Source: Candidatus Uhrbacteria bacterium
Lineage (GTDB): Bacteria; Patescibacteriota; Patescibacteriia; UBA9934
DNA: 64,000 bases
NCBI GenBank assembly: GCA_018664485.1
Contig: JABJOE010000009.1
Span: 76,635-140,634 of the forward strand
Direction: 5' to 3'
Shown: positions 38,650 through 49,284 of the stretch, one piece after another
Layout: every line of letters begins with the position of its first letter
Numbering within the stretch: position 1 is the first letter of the stretch
The notes under the pieces: model-generated
The model's database searches: none
The model's input: the letters and a program-made list of their open reading frames with translations, nothing else
Told to the model about the DNA's origin: nothing
Translations under genes and position numbers: made by a program

Positions 38650-40230
38650 TCATGATAGCTCCTCCTTCTTCTCTTTTACAAATTCAAACCATTCTTCCGT
38701 GAAGCGTACAGCAACTTTGTATGGAGCCTCAATAATGAAGTCGAAGAAATAGATAAAGACATTCACCTTTGCAACCTTCACAGATAACCATCGTCCTGCA
38801 CGCACTATTGGAAGCATTAGAAGGTCAAACATTGAACCGATGATACCGCGGCGGGACTTTGAAAGTATAATATCCCTTGTAAGCCCACGAATGCGAATTC
38901 CAAAGAATGTTACAAGCGACAGGAAGAACAAGAACAATGCAATAGAAAAAGCATTGAAACCAAGCTTATGCAAGAAAAATGCGATAGCACCGTATATAAC
39001 AAAGAACAATAGAGAATATACTACCGCAAAAATCTGCTTCCACGCACCGAATCTATTGACTTGCACCTTAACATTCAACATATCGTGGCTCGCACCTACT
39101 ACAAGAGCGCGTGCTGCTGACTTATAGTCCTCAGCATTACGACGTTCCGGCAAAGTTACAGTAAGTCCTATGATGGCCAAGAAGATCGGGTGGAATAAAA
39201 TATTTACAATAAGTGGAACTATAAATAGCTCACCATGTACAAGTAAGTCGTATGGAATCTCGAGTATCAGAGCTAAGAACATCTTTGTTATGAACAAAAA
39301 TGCTACTGCCCGCACAACCGTTCTCCGTAAACGTTTTCGGAATGTACTAGTCTGTACTTTTAACCTCTTCCACATTGCACGACCTAACAAATCCGGTTCC
39401 TGTGTAACATACCCCTCAAACTCATGTGGAAAATTTTCAATGACATCCAGCAACACGCGGAACAATCCAGCCTTACGACGAACGCGATGAGTAAGCTTCT
39501 CAGTCAACCAATGCTCAATCTGCAAATCAACGGTCGCTATTACAGTTTCTAGATTTTGTGCAATCTCCAAAATTCGAGCCCGCGATGATGCGCCAACCCA
39601 ATCCGGATAATACAGTGTCATCAACCTGTAACGAAGTGTTGCATGGTTAGATTTGAGTAATGTCTTGTGGCATGCAACGAAAAGTCTAATGTCCCTATCC
39701 TCTTCACTTACATCAAGTTTAGTATCCCACGCGGTTCTCTTCTTTAACTCCTCATACATGTAACTTGCCATGTACTCCTCTCTATCATGCGAAATCAATG
39801 TATATTCAACTTCTGTCGACAATACATCTAACACCCATGTCATTGCATATTCTGGGTTTGATGTCTTCTGAGCTGCGTCAAAGATTGGTCCGTACTTTAA
39901 AAAGACTGGTTTTAAATCGTTAATAAATGATGTTGGGACCTGCTTATTTGGAAGATATTTTGCCCAAACAAGTTCCTGCAATAAAAGTGATGCCATGTCT
40001 TCCAGAACCGTATCGGAACCCAAATACCTACGCAATATTCGCGTAATGGCATTCCGTCTAAGAAGATGCTCTTCCTGATATTCAAGCGTTGTACGAACAC
40101 GTTCATACAGTGCTGCGGCAGTAGATGCCGGAACACTAACCTCAATAGTCTCCTCCCCATCACCTTCAGGTGGAACCATTGGTTTTGAGCCGATAATAGC
40201 TTGGCCGATTTGTGAGAGTCGATTGGACAT
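38650..40230 (-). CDS. Hypothetical membrane protein
   Basis: 526 aa ORF, soluble N-half and 4-5 TM helices. Confidence 0.8.
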   Translation of the reverse strand: MSNRLSQIGQAIIGSKPMVPPEGDGEETIEVSVPASTAAALYERVRTTLEYQEEHLLRRNAITRILRRYLGSDTVLEDMASLLLQELVWAKYLPNKQVPTSFINDLKPVFLKYGPIFDAAQKTSNPEYAMTWVLDVLSTEVEYTLISHDREEYMASYMYEELKKRTAWDTKLDVSEEDRDIRLFVACHKTLLKSNHATLRYRLMTLYYPDWVGASSRARILEIAQNLETVIATVDLQIEHWLTEKLTHRVRRKAGLFRVLLDVIENFPHEFEGYVTQEPDLLGRAMWKRLKVQTSTFRKRLRRTVVRAVAFLFITKMFLALILEIPYDLLVHGELFIVPLIVNILFHPIFLAIIGLTVTLPERRNAEDYKSAARALVVGASHDMLNVKVQVNRFGAWKQIFAVVYSLLFFVIYGAIAFFLHKLGFNAFSIALFLFFLSLVTFFGIRIRGLTRDIILSKSRRGIIGSMFDLLMLPIVRAGRWLSVKVAKVNVFIYFFDFIIEAPYKVAVRFTEEWFEFVKEKKEELS

Positions 40231-40238
40231 GTGTTGTT

Positions 40239-40268
40239 TTAGGGATTAGGGATTAGGTGTTAGGTATC
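40239..40268 (+). repeat. Heptamer array, left arm
   Basis: TTAGGGA TTAGGGA TTAGGTG TTAGGTA. Confidence 0.8.
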
Positions 40269-40276
40269 AAAACTCA

Positions 40277-40642
40277 TCAGAGACCAGCTTTCAATGAACG
40301 GATTGAGCTATTTAACATCTTCATAACCTCAGTAAGTGACCCCAATAACGGGTTGACACCGTCATCGTCAACAAACTTTAAACGTTTTGCGATCTCTATC
40401 TGTGTTTCCAATTCTGACCCTGAAGCATACGCAATATAAACAAAACGCAGAAATTCTTTTCTGGAGCCCCTGCCACGTCCCTCTGCAATATTAGAGGGAA
40501 TAGAAACGGCGCATCTCCTCATCTGTGATATAAGTCCATATTGTTCTTCTTTGGGGAAACTCGCAGTCATACGATAGACCGATACCACTAAGTCCATTGC
40601 CTTTTGCCACATGACTAAATCTTTATAACTCTTCACCTCCAT
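40277..40642 (-). CDS. Four helix bundle protein (23S rRNA IVS / TIGR02436 family)
   Basis: YKDL..WQKAM, FPKEEQYGLISQMRRCAVSIPSNIAEG, GSELETQ. Confidence 0.93.
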   Translation of the reverse strand: MEVKSYKDLVMWQKAMDLVVSVYRMTASFPKEEQYGLISQMRRCAVSIPSNIAEGRGRGSRKEFLRFVYIAYASGSELETQIEIAKRLKFVDDDGVNPLLGSLTEVMKMLNSSIRSLKAGL

Positions 40643-40662
40643 ACCTATAAGATAGTGTCTAT

Positions 40663-40690
40663 CACCTAATACCTGATACCTATAACCTGA
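40663..40690 (-). repeat. Heptamer array, right arm (inverted)
   Basis: CACCTAA TACCTGA TACCTAT AACCTGA. Confidence 0.8.
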
Positions 40691-40693
40691 CCA

Positions 40694-41416
40694 CTAAAAG
40701 AAGGTTCTGTCTTTTGAGCCCTTGATAAGGTTAAAAGCCTCCTCTCCTGAATCAACAATTTTTACAAGATCCAAGTCCTCCGGGGAGATCGTTTCAAACT
40801 CCTCCGCCATTGTCTCTTTGACCCACGAGAATAAGCCGTTCCAATAGTCTTTACCGATTAAAATAACTGGGATCGTTTCAGATTTCCCTGTCTGAATGAG
40901 TGTAAGGATTTCAAACAACTCATCCATTGTTCCAAATCCACCAGGCATATATACATACGCCTGAGCAGAAGCTGCAAGCATCACTTTTCTGGTGAAGAAA
41001 TAATGAAATCCCAATCCCTTGTTTACAAAAGGATTTAAACTCTGCTCCATTGGTAATTGAATGTTCATTCCAACAGAAATACCACCACCTTCGTGTGCAC
41101 CTTTATTTGCCGCTTCCATCATTCCGCCGCCACCTCCTGTAACGACAGTAAAGTCATTCTCTGCCAGTAAGCGTCCAAGAGTAACTGCTTCTCCGTACCA
41201 CTTACTAGTCGGAGCGGTACGTGCAGATCCAAAGATGGTCACCTCGCGTTTGAGCGTAGAGAGGAACTGAAAACCTTCCACGAACTCAGCCATTATTCGA
41301 AAAATCCTCCAAGTGATGTCTGACATCTTTGGTGGTTCTCCCGCCTGTTTTTTTGACTCAATTTCATCCGCGGCTAAAGGAATGCGGCAAATATCTTCTT
41401 GATGTTTTTTTCCCAT
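40694..41416 (-). CDS. LOG family protein (TIGR00730)
   Basis: VTIFGSAR, TGGG.GMMEAANKGA, PGGFGTMDE. Confidence 0.92.
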   Translation of the reverse strand: MGKKHQEDICRIPLAADEIESKKQAGEPPKMSDITWRIFRIMAEFVEGFQFLSTLKREVTIFGSARTAPTSKWYGEAVTLGRLLAENDFTVVTGGGGGMMEAANKGAHEGGGISVGMNIQLPMEQSLNPFVNKGLGFHYFFTRKVMLAASAQAYVYMPGGFGTMDELFEILTLIQTGKSETIPVILIGKDYWNGLFSWVKETMAEEFETISPEDLDLVKIVDSGEEAFNLIKGSKDRTFF

Positions 41417-41481
41417 ATAACAGAATTATAACACGTCTAAAAACCAAAAACGAGACCTTGCGACAGTCTCGTTTCTAAGCT

Positions 41482-41859
41482 CTAGTCAGTGTACTCTCTA
41501 ATCTTTTTAATTACGGTTTCAAGTGTCGTATCCGATTTTACAATATAATCAACTACGCCAAGTGTTTTCGCCCTATCAACATCAGTAACCTGACCTAAGT
41601 TAGTAAGCATTATTACAGGTATATCCTTAAGCTCATCATCTTCTCTCATAGCATCGAGCACGCCAAACCCATCTAACTTTGGCATGATAATATCCAACAA
41701 AACCAGAACGGGTTTTCGTGAACGCATCAACTCTAAACCAATTTCACCATTCTCAGCTACTTCAGCAACAAAGCCTTCTTTATCGAGCTTTGTATTGTAT
41801 ATATTCGCTAAAAACTTGTCGTCTTCAACAATAAGAACATATTTTTTTGAATCCTCCAT
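41482..41859 (-). CDS. Single-domain response regulator
   Basis: LIVEDD, LLDIIMPKLDG, MLTN, K. Confidence 0.92.
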   Translation of the reverse strand: MEDSKKYVLIVEDDKFLANIYNTKLDKEGFVAEVAENGEIGLELMRSRKPVLVLLDIIMPKLDGFGVLDAMREDDELKDIPVIMLTNLGQVTDVDRAKTLGVVDYIVKSDTTLETVIKKIREYTD

Positions 41860-41862
41860 ACA

Positions 41863-42285
41863 TTAGGCGATCGCCCCCTGCAGATCAGTTGCGGGCAACT
41901 CAATTATTAACTTCACTCTAGAAATAATATCAGTCAATCTATGTTCAGCTTTCACAAAGAATACAGTAGCTTCAAGTTCAAAAGCCTGAGCCACTACCTC
42001 CTCTGATCCTACATTTGAAACAATCACAACTGCAATATGCTTCCATTTTGAGTTTGCACGAACTCGTTTCAAAAAATCTATTCCACTCATTCCGGGTAAC
42101 ATAACATCAAGCCAAATTAGATCAAAAGATCCACCACCCTCTAACTTCTCGAGCGCCTTTTCAGCTGTAACAACAGTCACCACTTCAAAACCCTCTTGCT
42201 TCAGCTTCCTTGAAACCGCTGATTGCAACGGGACCTCATCCTCTACAACTAGAATCCTTTTTGTCTCGTTTTTTGAAATGGCCAT
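41863..42285 (-). CDS. Single-domain response regulator
   Basis: LVVEDE, WLDVMLPGMSG, VSN, K. Confidence 0.9.
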   Translation of the reverse strand: MAISKNETKRILVVEDEVPLQSAVSRKLKQEGFEVVTVVTAEKALEKLEGGGSFDLIWLDVMLPGMSGIDFLKRVRANSKWKHIAVVIVSNVGSEEVVAQAFELEATVFFVKAEHRLTDIISRVKLIIELPATDLQGAIA

Positions 42286-42287
42286 AA

Positions 42288-42614
42288 TTATTTATCAAGT
42301 ATTTTTTTTATCTTTTCTATCGTATTATCCAAAGACACTTCTGCTTTTACAAAAAAGTATGTCTTACCATCCTCAAGATAATCCTCATAAGCTTTCTCAT
42401 CTGAAGTATTTGTAACTACAAATACCGGAATATTTTTCCAATTATCACTATTCCTTATGTTTTTTAAAACCTCCAAACCATTCATGTTTGGCAAATAGTG
42501 ATCCAGCCAAATTACAGAAGGTGAAGGGTCTAGGTGATCCAAATAATCTAATGCTTGAGCACCATCCCGAGCAGTCACAACATCAAACCCAGAAATACCG
42601 AACTTCCGCACCAT
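42288..42614 (-). pseudogene. Response regulator lacking the N-terminal beta1/acidic pocket
   Basis: WLDHYLPNMNG present, but no upstream ILxVED segment; frame begins inside the DUF2207 3' end. Confidence 0.6.
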
Positions 42615-43989
42615 GCGGCGTAACTTTTGGCATTAACAATCCAAGTACCAACATTAATGCTCCACAAATCACACATGCAATACCTACAAAAAGTCCAATA
42701 AATGCAAACGCCATCGGTGAAAAGAAAAGGAACGGGAAACTAATCAATATTCCAACTACCTGGCGAATAAATGATCCTCTTACAAAATACCCATCATCAA
42801 CTAACTTGCGCGTTATCGCTCGTTTAATCTTGGTAACATCTGAAGGCAAAATTCTATTCTTTACCTTGTTTAGCTTAACCTCCGTCTTCTTCTTAAATAG
42901 AAGATCAAACAAGAGCTTATGAGCTTCATCTAAGTCGTCGCCCTCTTTCTTTTTGATGATCGTGATATTACCTGGATGCTTTTTCTTTGTATTCCCCTTT
43001 ACATCCATGTCCAAATACCCCTTAGAAGCAAGCTGGATCACCATTGATGACAATAACCTCTGGCTTGGCTGATGAGATAAAAACGAACCTACATACACAG
43101 CCCAAAGTCCATCAGGTGGATCATACTGGGCTATTATTGTGTCATTACGCTTTGGATCTCGACCGGCCCTAGTCCACCAAAAGAACATTGCGCACAAAGC
43201 CATTAACGGAATAACTCCAGCCCAATTATCCATCAAAAACCACAACACTCTATCAAGCGACGTTGGCCGCCAGATTACGCCCGCTGGAACATCCACGGAA
43301 ACGGTCATAAATCCGTCTGTCGCAAAAGCAATTATATTGTCATCTTGTGCTGAACCACAATCCTGTGACGTAGAACCATATGCGCCCGTATAACAGGACC
43401 ACTGAGTGGGCATAAGTCCATCAGGGAAAATAATTGCAGTCGAACTTTCGTTGATTGGCACCTCCCAATCCGTTCCAGTCACATTCCAATATAATGTCGT
43501 TGCAGTATCGCTATACAACAGTGCACGCTCAACCTCATACACAATCGTATACTCATGCTCACCCGTAATGGTAAGGCTAGGATTACCGATCTTAATAGTT
43601 CTGTCCCCTCCTGATTTATATATATCAACCTGAACTTCCTCTCCATCCAATAAAACACCTTGAACGTTCAAATCTATAGTTTGTCGATTTCCAAGATGGT
43701 CCCGATATACAACTGGAATATCCCGATATATTCCATGCTTCTCAGCATTAAACGTGACATCAATCGTTTCTGTAACTAAAAACGATGCATCTTCACGCAC
43801 CTCAATCTCAGAATCAAAATGATCTATTGACCAGCCGTAAAGATCAACATACATGTCATCTTCAAAATAATCGTATCGATCGTACTCAAGTGCTTGGGCC
43901 GGCAATACAAAAACAACCAACAAAAAAATACTTGCAATAACGCCTGAAAAGAATCTAAACATTTTCTTTGGTCTCGTTAGCACAGACAT
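42583..43989 (-). CDS. DUF2207 family membrane protein, apparently C-terminally truncated
   Basis: HGIYRDIP, LYWNVTGTDW, CYTG.YGS, QYDPP; stops just after MPKVTPHG. Confidence 0.8.
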   Translation of the reverse strand: MSVLTRPKKMFRFFSGVIASIFLLVVFVLPAQALEYDRYDYFEDDMYVDLYGWSIDHFDSEIEVREDASFLVTETIDVTFNAEKHGIYRDIPVVYRDHLGNRQTIDLNVQGVLLDGEEVQVDIYKSGGDRTIKIGNPSLTITGEHEYTIVYEVERALLYSDTATTLYWNVTGTDWEVPINESSTAIIFPDGLMPTQWSCYTGAYGSTSQDCGSAQDDNIIAFATDGFMTVSVDVPAGVIWRPTSLDRVLWFLMDNWAGVIPLMALCAMFFWWTRAGRDPKRNDTIIAQYDPPDGLWAVYVGSFLSHQPSQRLLSSMVIQLASKGYLDMDVKGNTKKKHPGNITIIKKKEGDDLDEAHKLLFDLLFKKKTEVKLNKVKNRILPSDVTKIKRAITRKLVDDGYFVRGSFIRQVVGILISFPFLFFSPMAFAFIGLFVGIACVICGALMLVLGLLMPKVTPHGAEVRYFWV

Positions 43990-44347
43990 GTATTATATCA
44001 ATAATATCCTGAATTTTAACCTCTGTTTTTACTAAATATTTTGTTACCCCAAAGCGGCCCGCCTCTAATTTATCAGACTCCTGTCCAAGGTTGGTGAGCA
44101 TCACTACCTCAACATCTTTCCCACCATCTATTCCACGAAGTTTTTCTAAAAACTCAAAACCATTCATCTTTGGCATCATAACGTCCAACAGAATAATCGA
44201 CGGCATCTGATTCTCAACATATTCCATTGCTTCCAAACCGTTTGCCGCTGACACAACGTCTACTCCCCCCTTGGAAAGCTGTTCAGTGTAAACACTTCTC
44301 AGGAACTCATCGTCGTCTACAATTAAAACTGTGCAATTTTTATTCAT
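43955..44347 (-). CDS. Single-domain response regulator
   Basis: LIVDDD, LLDVMMPKMNG, MLTN. Confidence 0.92.
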   Translation of the reverse strand: MNKNCTVLIVDDDEFLRSVYTEQLSKGGVDVVSAANGLEAMEYVENQMPSIILLDVMMPKMNGFEFLEKLRGIDGGKDVEVVMLTNLGQESDKLEAGRFGVTKYLVKTEVKIQDIIDIIHVCANETKENV

Positions 44348-44350
44348 ACA

Positions 44351-46228
44351 CTAATCAAAATGAATCCAAAATCGTGAACCCTCACCTTCAGTTGAGTTAA
44401 ATCCAACATTTAAATCCATTACATCGGCTAGCTGTTTAAAGGCGTACAGACCGAGCCCTATACCGTCATTACGACCTCTATCTACGTTGGAGCCACGATG
44501 GAATTTAGAAAATATCTTATCCTGCTCCCCTGCCGGAATACCTACACCTGTATCTGTTACTGAAAATAGTTTTCCAGTGCTATCAGATTTAACATCAATA
44601 ATAATCGAACCTTTCTGTTGAGTATATTTCATTGCGTTTGAAATTAGAATCGTACAGAGCTCACGAACAAGCAGAGGGTCAGCAAAAACGTAAATCTTTT
44701 CTTCGCGTAAAGTCTCTACATCAAATTCTTTATTTTCAATTACATCCTCGTATTTGTGCAGTATCTTCTGCACCAATGTCACGAGTTCAACACGTTCTGG
44801 ATTACTTTTCACAAGACGGCTATCAATGCGGGATATGTTTAAGAACCCATCAACCAATTCAACCATCTCTACTGTCGACTCGTTCATACGAGCGATGTAC
44901 TTATGCTGTTCATCTGACAATTTACCAACCTTTTCATCTGACAGTAATTCTCCTGACCATTTAAGTACAGCTAAAGGCTTTCGGAGCTGATGCGAAGCGA
45001 GAGAAATGAACTCTGTTTTCATGGTGTCAATAACATTAAGCCTTTCAGCCATGTTATTAAACAACCCTCCTAGAACACCGATCTCATCTGAACCACTCGG
45101 ATGCGCACGCGCTGTAAAATCGTGACCATCCATTTTCTTTACAGCGGAACTCAAATCTCTCAATGGCACCAAAATACCACGCGCAGGAAGTATCGTGAGT
45201 AACAATGCAATAATCAAAACTACAAAACTAGATATTGCAACATTACGTTTCAACCTAGCCAACCCTTCAAGCGCTGCATCCTCTTCCACCTCCACTACCA
45301 GAACCCAGCCTCTTGGCAAACAAGATGAAGCACCTATGACGGGAATACCGAACACATTACTGTACCTAAACTCTGCACTATAATTTTCGTCACAAGCAGT
45401 TGCAGCCGGTGTATCAACTTCCTGACTTAATATCACCTGAGCTACATACCTCGACTCACTAATCATCAGCCCCTCACTGTTAACTAAATACATCTCTGAT
45501 GAATATTCAGAACTATCGTCGTCCCAAGTTCCTCCCAAGTCGGTTTGACGTCCTCCGTTTAAAACAGCATTCAGCTCATCTAGTTCAACGTATAAAGCCA
45601 ATACACCCAAGAGCTCCCCCGTGTCACGATGTGTAAGAGGTGCCGATACAACGATCAATTCCTGACCTATATCAAAGTGAGTCTGCACAATCACATCACT
45701 CACAGACGCTTCCCCATATTCATTATTCAACGTATCTAATACGTATAAATGGTCAGATATATCGTACCCCTTAGTTAACTCTACTAAATCTGAAGAAGCG
45801 ACGATATTTATATCTCTATCGAAAATATTGATTCCCGAGATTGTTCTATCTAATGACATCTTATTATCAACGAGATGTCGTTGAAGTTCTTGAGACATGT
45901 CTTCTCCTAAAATAATCTGATTCGTTGCATCTCGAATGAAGCCATCTGACGCAAAATCTACAGCACGCCCTTTTTCTGACTCCAAAAACTCAAGAACATA
46001 TCCTTGCATTACAGAATTAATATCCATTACATTCCGAGACGCTGCATCCGTTAGACTCTCTTGAGCGATATCAAATGCAAAATATGCCGTTGCTCCAACT
46101 GAAAATAAAGAAATGAAAACAAAACCAATAGCGAGCTTAACTGTAATACTAAGATCTCTCCACCAACCGAACTTCTTACCGGAGGTAGATGTTTTTGTTT
46201 TGGACGTGCTGGTCGTGAGTCGTTGCAT
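44351..46228 (-). CDS. Sensor histidine kinase (TM-Cache-TM-HAMP-HisKA-HATPase)
   Basis: SHQLRKP, SNAMKY, DTGVGI, GLGL. Confidence 0.93.
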   Translation of the reverse strand: MQRLTTSTSKTKTSTSGKKFGWWRDLSITVKLAIGFVFISLFSVGATAYFAFDIAQESLTDAASRNVMDINSVMQGYVLEFLESEKGRAVDFASDGFIRDATNQIILGEDMSQELQRHLVDNKMSLDRTISGINIFDRDINIVASSDLVELTKGYDISDHLYVLDTLNNEYGEASVSDVIVQTHFDIGQELIVVSAPLTHRDTGELLGVLALYVELDELNAVLNGGRQTDLGGTWDDDSSEYSSEMYLVNSEGLMISESRYVAQVILSQEVDTPAATACDENYSAEFRYSNVFGIPVIGASSCLPRGWVLVVEVEEDAALEGLARLKRNVAISSFVVLIIALLLTILPARGILVPLRDLSSAVKKMDGHDFTARAHPSGSDEIGVLGGLFNNMAERLNVIDTMKTEFISLASHQLRKPLAVLKWSGELLSDEKVGKLSDEQHKYIARMNESTVEMVELVDGFLNISRIDSRLVKSNPERVELVTLVQKILHKYEDVIENKEFDVETLREEKIYVFADPLLVRELCTILISNAMKYTQQKGSIIIDVKSDSTGKLFSVTDTGVGIPAGEQDKIFSKFHRGSNVDRGRNDGIGLGLYAFKQLADVMDLNVGFNSTEGEGSRFWIHFD

Positions 46229-47219
46229 ATATCACTTCACCCTCGTCTGTAGTGAGGAAATAATAATATTGATTTGATGTCGGATTCAATACTGCCATTA
46301 TAGCATCCATCCCCGGACTACTAATAGGCCCCGGTGGCAATCCAGCATACTGGTAGGTATTATACAACGAATCAATGTCCCGATCTGTAAGTGAAATCGC
46401 TGGTGTGTCCGCGCCTGTAATATAATTGACAGTTGAGTCCGCCTGAAGTGGCATTCCAATCTCTAAACGCTTTAAGAAAATATCAGCAACCATCGCCATC
46501 TCTGACGGAACCATAACTTCTCGCTGAATAATCGATGCGAGAGTTAGTACGTCGTGATTTGTTTCAAGTTGAGACGGGATATTGTTAGCCGAGACCTCTT
46601 CGAGTAACCGGTCTTCCATTGTACCCAATAGCTTCTCTACAACATCTTCACCGCTTGCGTCTGTATAAAATCGATACGTGTCTGGAAATAAATAACCTTC
46701 GAGGTCAACATTGTCAGGTTTTTGTGACTGTACGATGAGATCATTTGACTCATATACAGAATTCATTCCGACAAGTTGATCCCACTCACTTTCTGAAACT
46801 GGAAAAATTGCCATTAAACGTTCACCTATTTGTGCCAAGGTGAACCCCTCTGGAATAGTAAACAGCAAGTCGTCATGAGTTGCATCATGAAGGCTTATCA
46901 CCACAGATGCATAGCTGCTCCCCGGAGTAAGCTCAAACAATCCTGCCTGGATAGATTTTGAGTCTCCGCCAATCACTGTATAAACCTTGAACCAAAAAGC
47001 GCTTGCGATAATGCCATCGTCTTCCAGTGCGCTCGCTATATCGCCTAAAGATGTACCGCTTTCTACTTCAAAAACTATAGTCTCTACATCTTCGCTAGGG
47101 CTCTGCAACCAAAATCTGTAGAGCTGAGAAAATGCGGTAATAGCAAAAATTGCTGACACCAACACAATGAACGCCATGAATCCTAAAAATCCTGCAGCAA
47201 CCTGTTTCGTTGAGATCAT
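46176..47219 (-). CDS. mltG: Endolytic transglycosylase MltG
   Basis: TIPEG, LEGYLFPDTY, LASIIQRE, LQADST, YNTY..GLPPGPI. Confidence 0.95.
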   Translation of the reverse strand: MISTKQVAAGFLGFMAFIVLVSAIFAITAFSQLYRFWLQSPSEDVETIVFEVESGTSLGDIASALEDDGIIASAFWFKVYTVIGGDSKSIQAGLFELTPGSSYASVVISLHDATHDDLLFTIPEGFTLAQIGERLMAIFPVSESEWDQLVGMNSVYESNDLIVQSQKPDNVDLEGYLFPDTYRFYTDASGEDVVEKLLGTMEDRLLEEVSANNIPSQLETNHDVLTLASIIQREVMVPSEMAMVADIFLKRLEIGMPLQADSTVNYITGADTPAISLTDRDIDSLYNTYQYAGLPPGPISSPGMDAIMAVLNPTSNQYYYFLTTDEGEVIYATTHDQHVQNKNIYLR

Positions 47220-48295
47220 AGGTAATCGTTATGGTTTTGATCTTTTAGAATTTGACGAACTTCTTTTAGGCGTTGTGAATCTTCCAACTTGCAAACCAAT
47301 AATGCATCAGATGTATCAACAACGACAACACCTTCCAACCCCACAATAGTAACCAACTTTTCTGGCGGACCGTACACTAGCGATCGTTTTGTATCTACAC
47401 AAACAACCTTTCCTTTTGTAACGTTTCCACCCTCTTCATCACATAGCCTGTCGTGAAGAGAATCCCACGCACCAATATCACTCCAACCGAAGTCACCACG
47501 GATGATTAGCACGTCTTGTGTATCCATCTTTTCTGTCACTGCGTAATCAAAAGAAATTCTTTCAATCTCAGAGTATAAAGCGTTGTCGCCTGTCTTTTGG
47601 ATCTTCCTAAGAAGCGCCCCTGTTTCTGGCGCGTAACGATCAAACGCATCGAGGAAAGCGCGCGGCGTCCACATGTAATAGTTTGCATGCCAAAAGTACG
47701 ATCCGTCTTGCAAATACTGTTTTGCAACTTCGTAATTCGGCTTCTCTGTATGTCCTGCAAATTCAAACACCTCTATGTCTTCAATCGTTTCAAATTGTGA
47801 AGCAACTTTCGTATACCCCATCGCTGTACTTGGAAATACTGGAGGGATTGCAATGTCGAGCAACTTACCTGTTTTTATAATTAAATCCGCACCAACCTTC
47901 AAACACCGCAGGAATAACTCTTCGTCGTTTATATAGTGATCGGACGGAACGAAAACTATCGGTTCGTCCGGGCAAATGTTCATCAGGTGCGCTGCAACGT
48001 ATCCCATCGCAGGACCTGTATCACGCTTTTCAGGTTCGATGATTATGTGATCGTCTTCTACTTCAGGAAAATGCTCGGAAAGTAGCGACGCAAATTCAGG
48101 AGAGGTTGATATATAAATGTCTTCGGGAGCGAAAGATTTCGCCAACCGTTCATACGCATCACGAACTAAAATTTGGTCTCCAACAATGTTGAAAAACTGT
48201 TTCGGCCGATTAGATCGACTCATTGGCCACATGCGTGTACCCGCTCCTCCAGCTAGTAGAATTGCTTTCATATCAACAGTATTAAGTGCAGACAT
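47216..48295 (-). CDS. manC: Mannose-1-phosphate guanylyltransferase
   Basis: LAGGAGTRMWPMSR..PKQF, PSDH, EKP, SFDYAV, WSDIG.W. Confidence 0.9.
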   Translation of the reverse strand: MSALNTVDMKAILLAGGAGTRMWPMSRSNRPKQFFNIVGDQILVRDAYERLAKSFAPEDIYISTSPEFASLLSEHFPEVEDDHIIIEPEKRDTGPAMGYVAAHLMNICPDEPIVFVPSDHYINDEELFLRCLKVGADLIIKTGKLLDIAIPPVFPSTAMGYTKVASQFETIEDIEVFEFAGHTEKPNYEVAKQYLQDGSYFWHANYYMWTPRAFLDAFDRYAPETGALLRKIQKTGDNALYSEIERISFDYAVTEKMDTQDVLIIRGDFGWSDIGAWDSLHDRLCDEEGGNVTKGKVVCVDTKRSLVYGPPEKLVTIVGLEGVVVVDTSDALLVCKLEDSQRLKEVRQILKDQNHNDYL

Positions 48296-48441
48296 ATTAG
48301 CACGCTACAGCCTACCGGGCTAATACCGCCGAATGCACAAAACTCCGGCCCTTGAGAGAGCGCGGAGTTGAGAGTGGTAGAGGTGATGTAACTCTAGAAA
48401 AAGCTCCACGTAGAAGCACGTTCTAGAGTTGCACCGGTCAA

Positions 48442-49161
48442 TCACTGGTCGGGGTCTGCTTCGTCAGTCAGGTCAACGAATGGCATGTCGTCGCGGTGCG
48501 CGACCATGATGACGCGACCGTCCTCGTACTCACAGGCCACAGAGTAGTTCATTCCCAAGTACCAACGGTATGCAGGAGAGGCTCTCTTTGTACGAGCTAC
48601 AAATACCTTGAGACCGGCCATTGCCAACTTCCGGTAGCGAGCACGGAACAGGCGTTTGCCAATGCCGTTGGACCAGAGACGTTCAAGAACGAAGATCTCG
48701 TCCTGGTAAGCCACGTGCCCTTCTTCAGGATACCTTCGGTTTAGAAATTCTGCGATCTTTTCATGCCCGGTGGTTCGCTGTACACGACTGGGACGCAGAG
48801 CATATCCCCACGTACCCCCCACTACACCAGGCTTTCCGTCCTGTGTAGCGACAACACAAACCGCGTGCGGATTTTGCATTTGCTTGTGGAGATCAGCGAG
48901 AACATCACTAGCAGGCCAATACGGCACAACGAGTCCGCTACACTTCGGGCAACTCCCATGTGCCGGTGGGCTATCAAGTGGCCAAACGTACGAGCTGCCG
49001 TTGCTCTTGCAGTTTGTACACTTCCACCCCTCATTCCAAGGAGATCCTCCAAATACCCAGGTGTAGCATGTGATGACGTCAGACGCCAAGTCACACACAA
49101 CTGCTTTTTTCTCACCAGCAAGAGGTAAGTACCTGATGCGAATATCCTCAATCAATGCCAT
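48442..49161 (-). CDS. GNAT-like acetyltransferase with inserted CxxC..CxxC ribbon
   Basis: PWNE, CTNC..CPKC, EIFV...WSNGIGKRL; GGAG SD. Confidence 0.7.
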   Translation of the reverse strand: MALIEDIRIRYLPLAGEKKAVVCDLASDVITCYTWVFGGSPWNEGWKCTNCKSNGSSYVWPLDSPPAHGSCPKCSGLVVPYWPASDVLADLHKQMQNPHAVCVVATQDGKPGVVGGTWGYALRPSRVQRTTGHEKIAEFLNRRYPEEGHVAYQDEIFVLERLWSNGIGKRLFRARYRKLAMAGLKVFVARTKRASPAYRWYLGMNYSVACEYEDGRVIMVAHRDDMPFVDLTDEADPDQ

Positions 49162-49284
49162 GGCCTCTCCTGCGTTACAGGGTTTGCGGTTGATGTGAGT
49201 TTCTCGAATTGAGAAACGGTAAAAGAACACATTTCATATAAACACAAAAATCCCCATATGTCCAGGAGGACTTTACATGGAAAC

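Noticed and set aside
40239-40252. Telomere-like TTAGGG repeats
   Set aside because: The period is 7 nt and they belong to the heptamer array flanking the four-helix-bundle gene.
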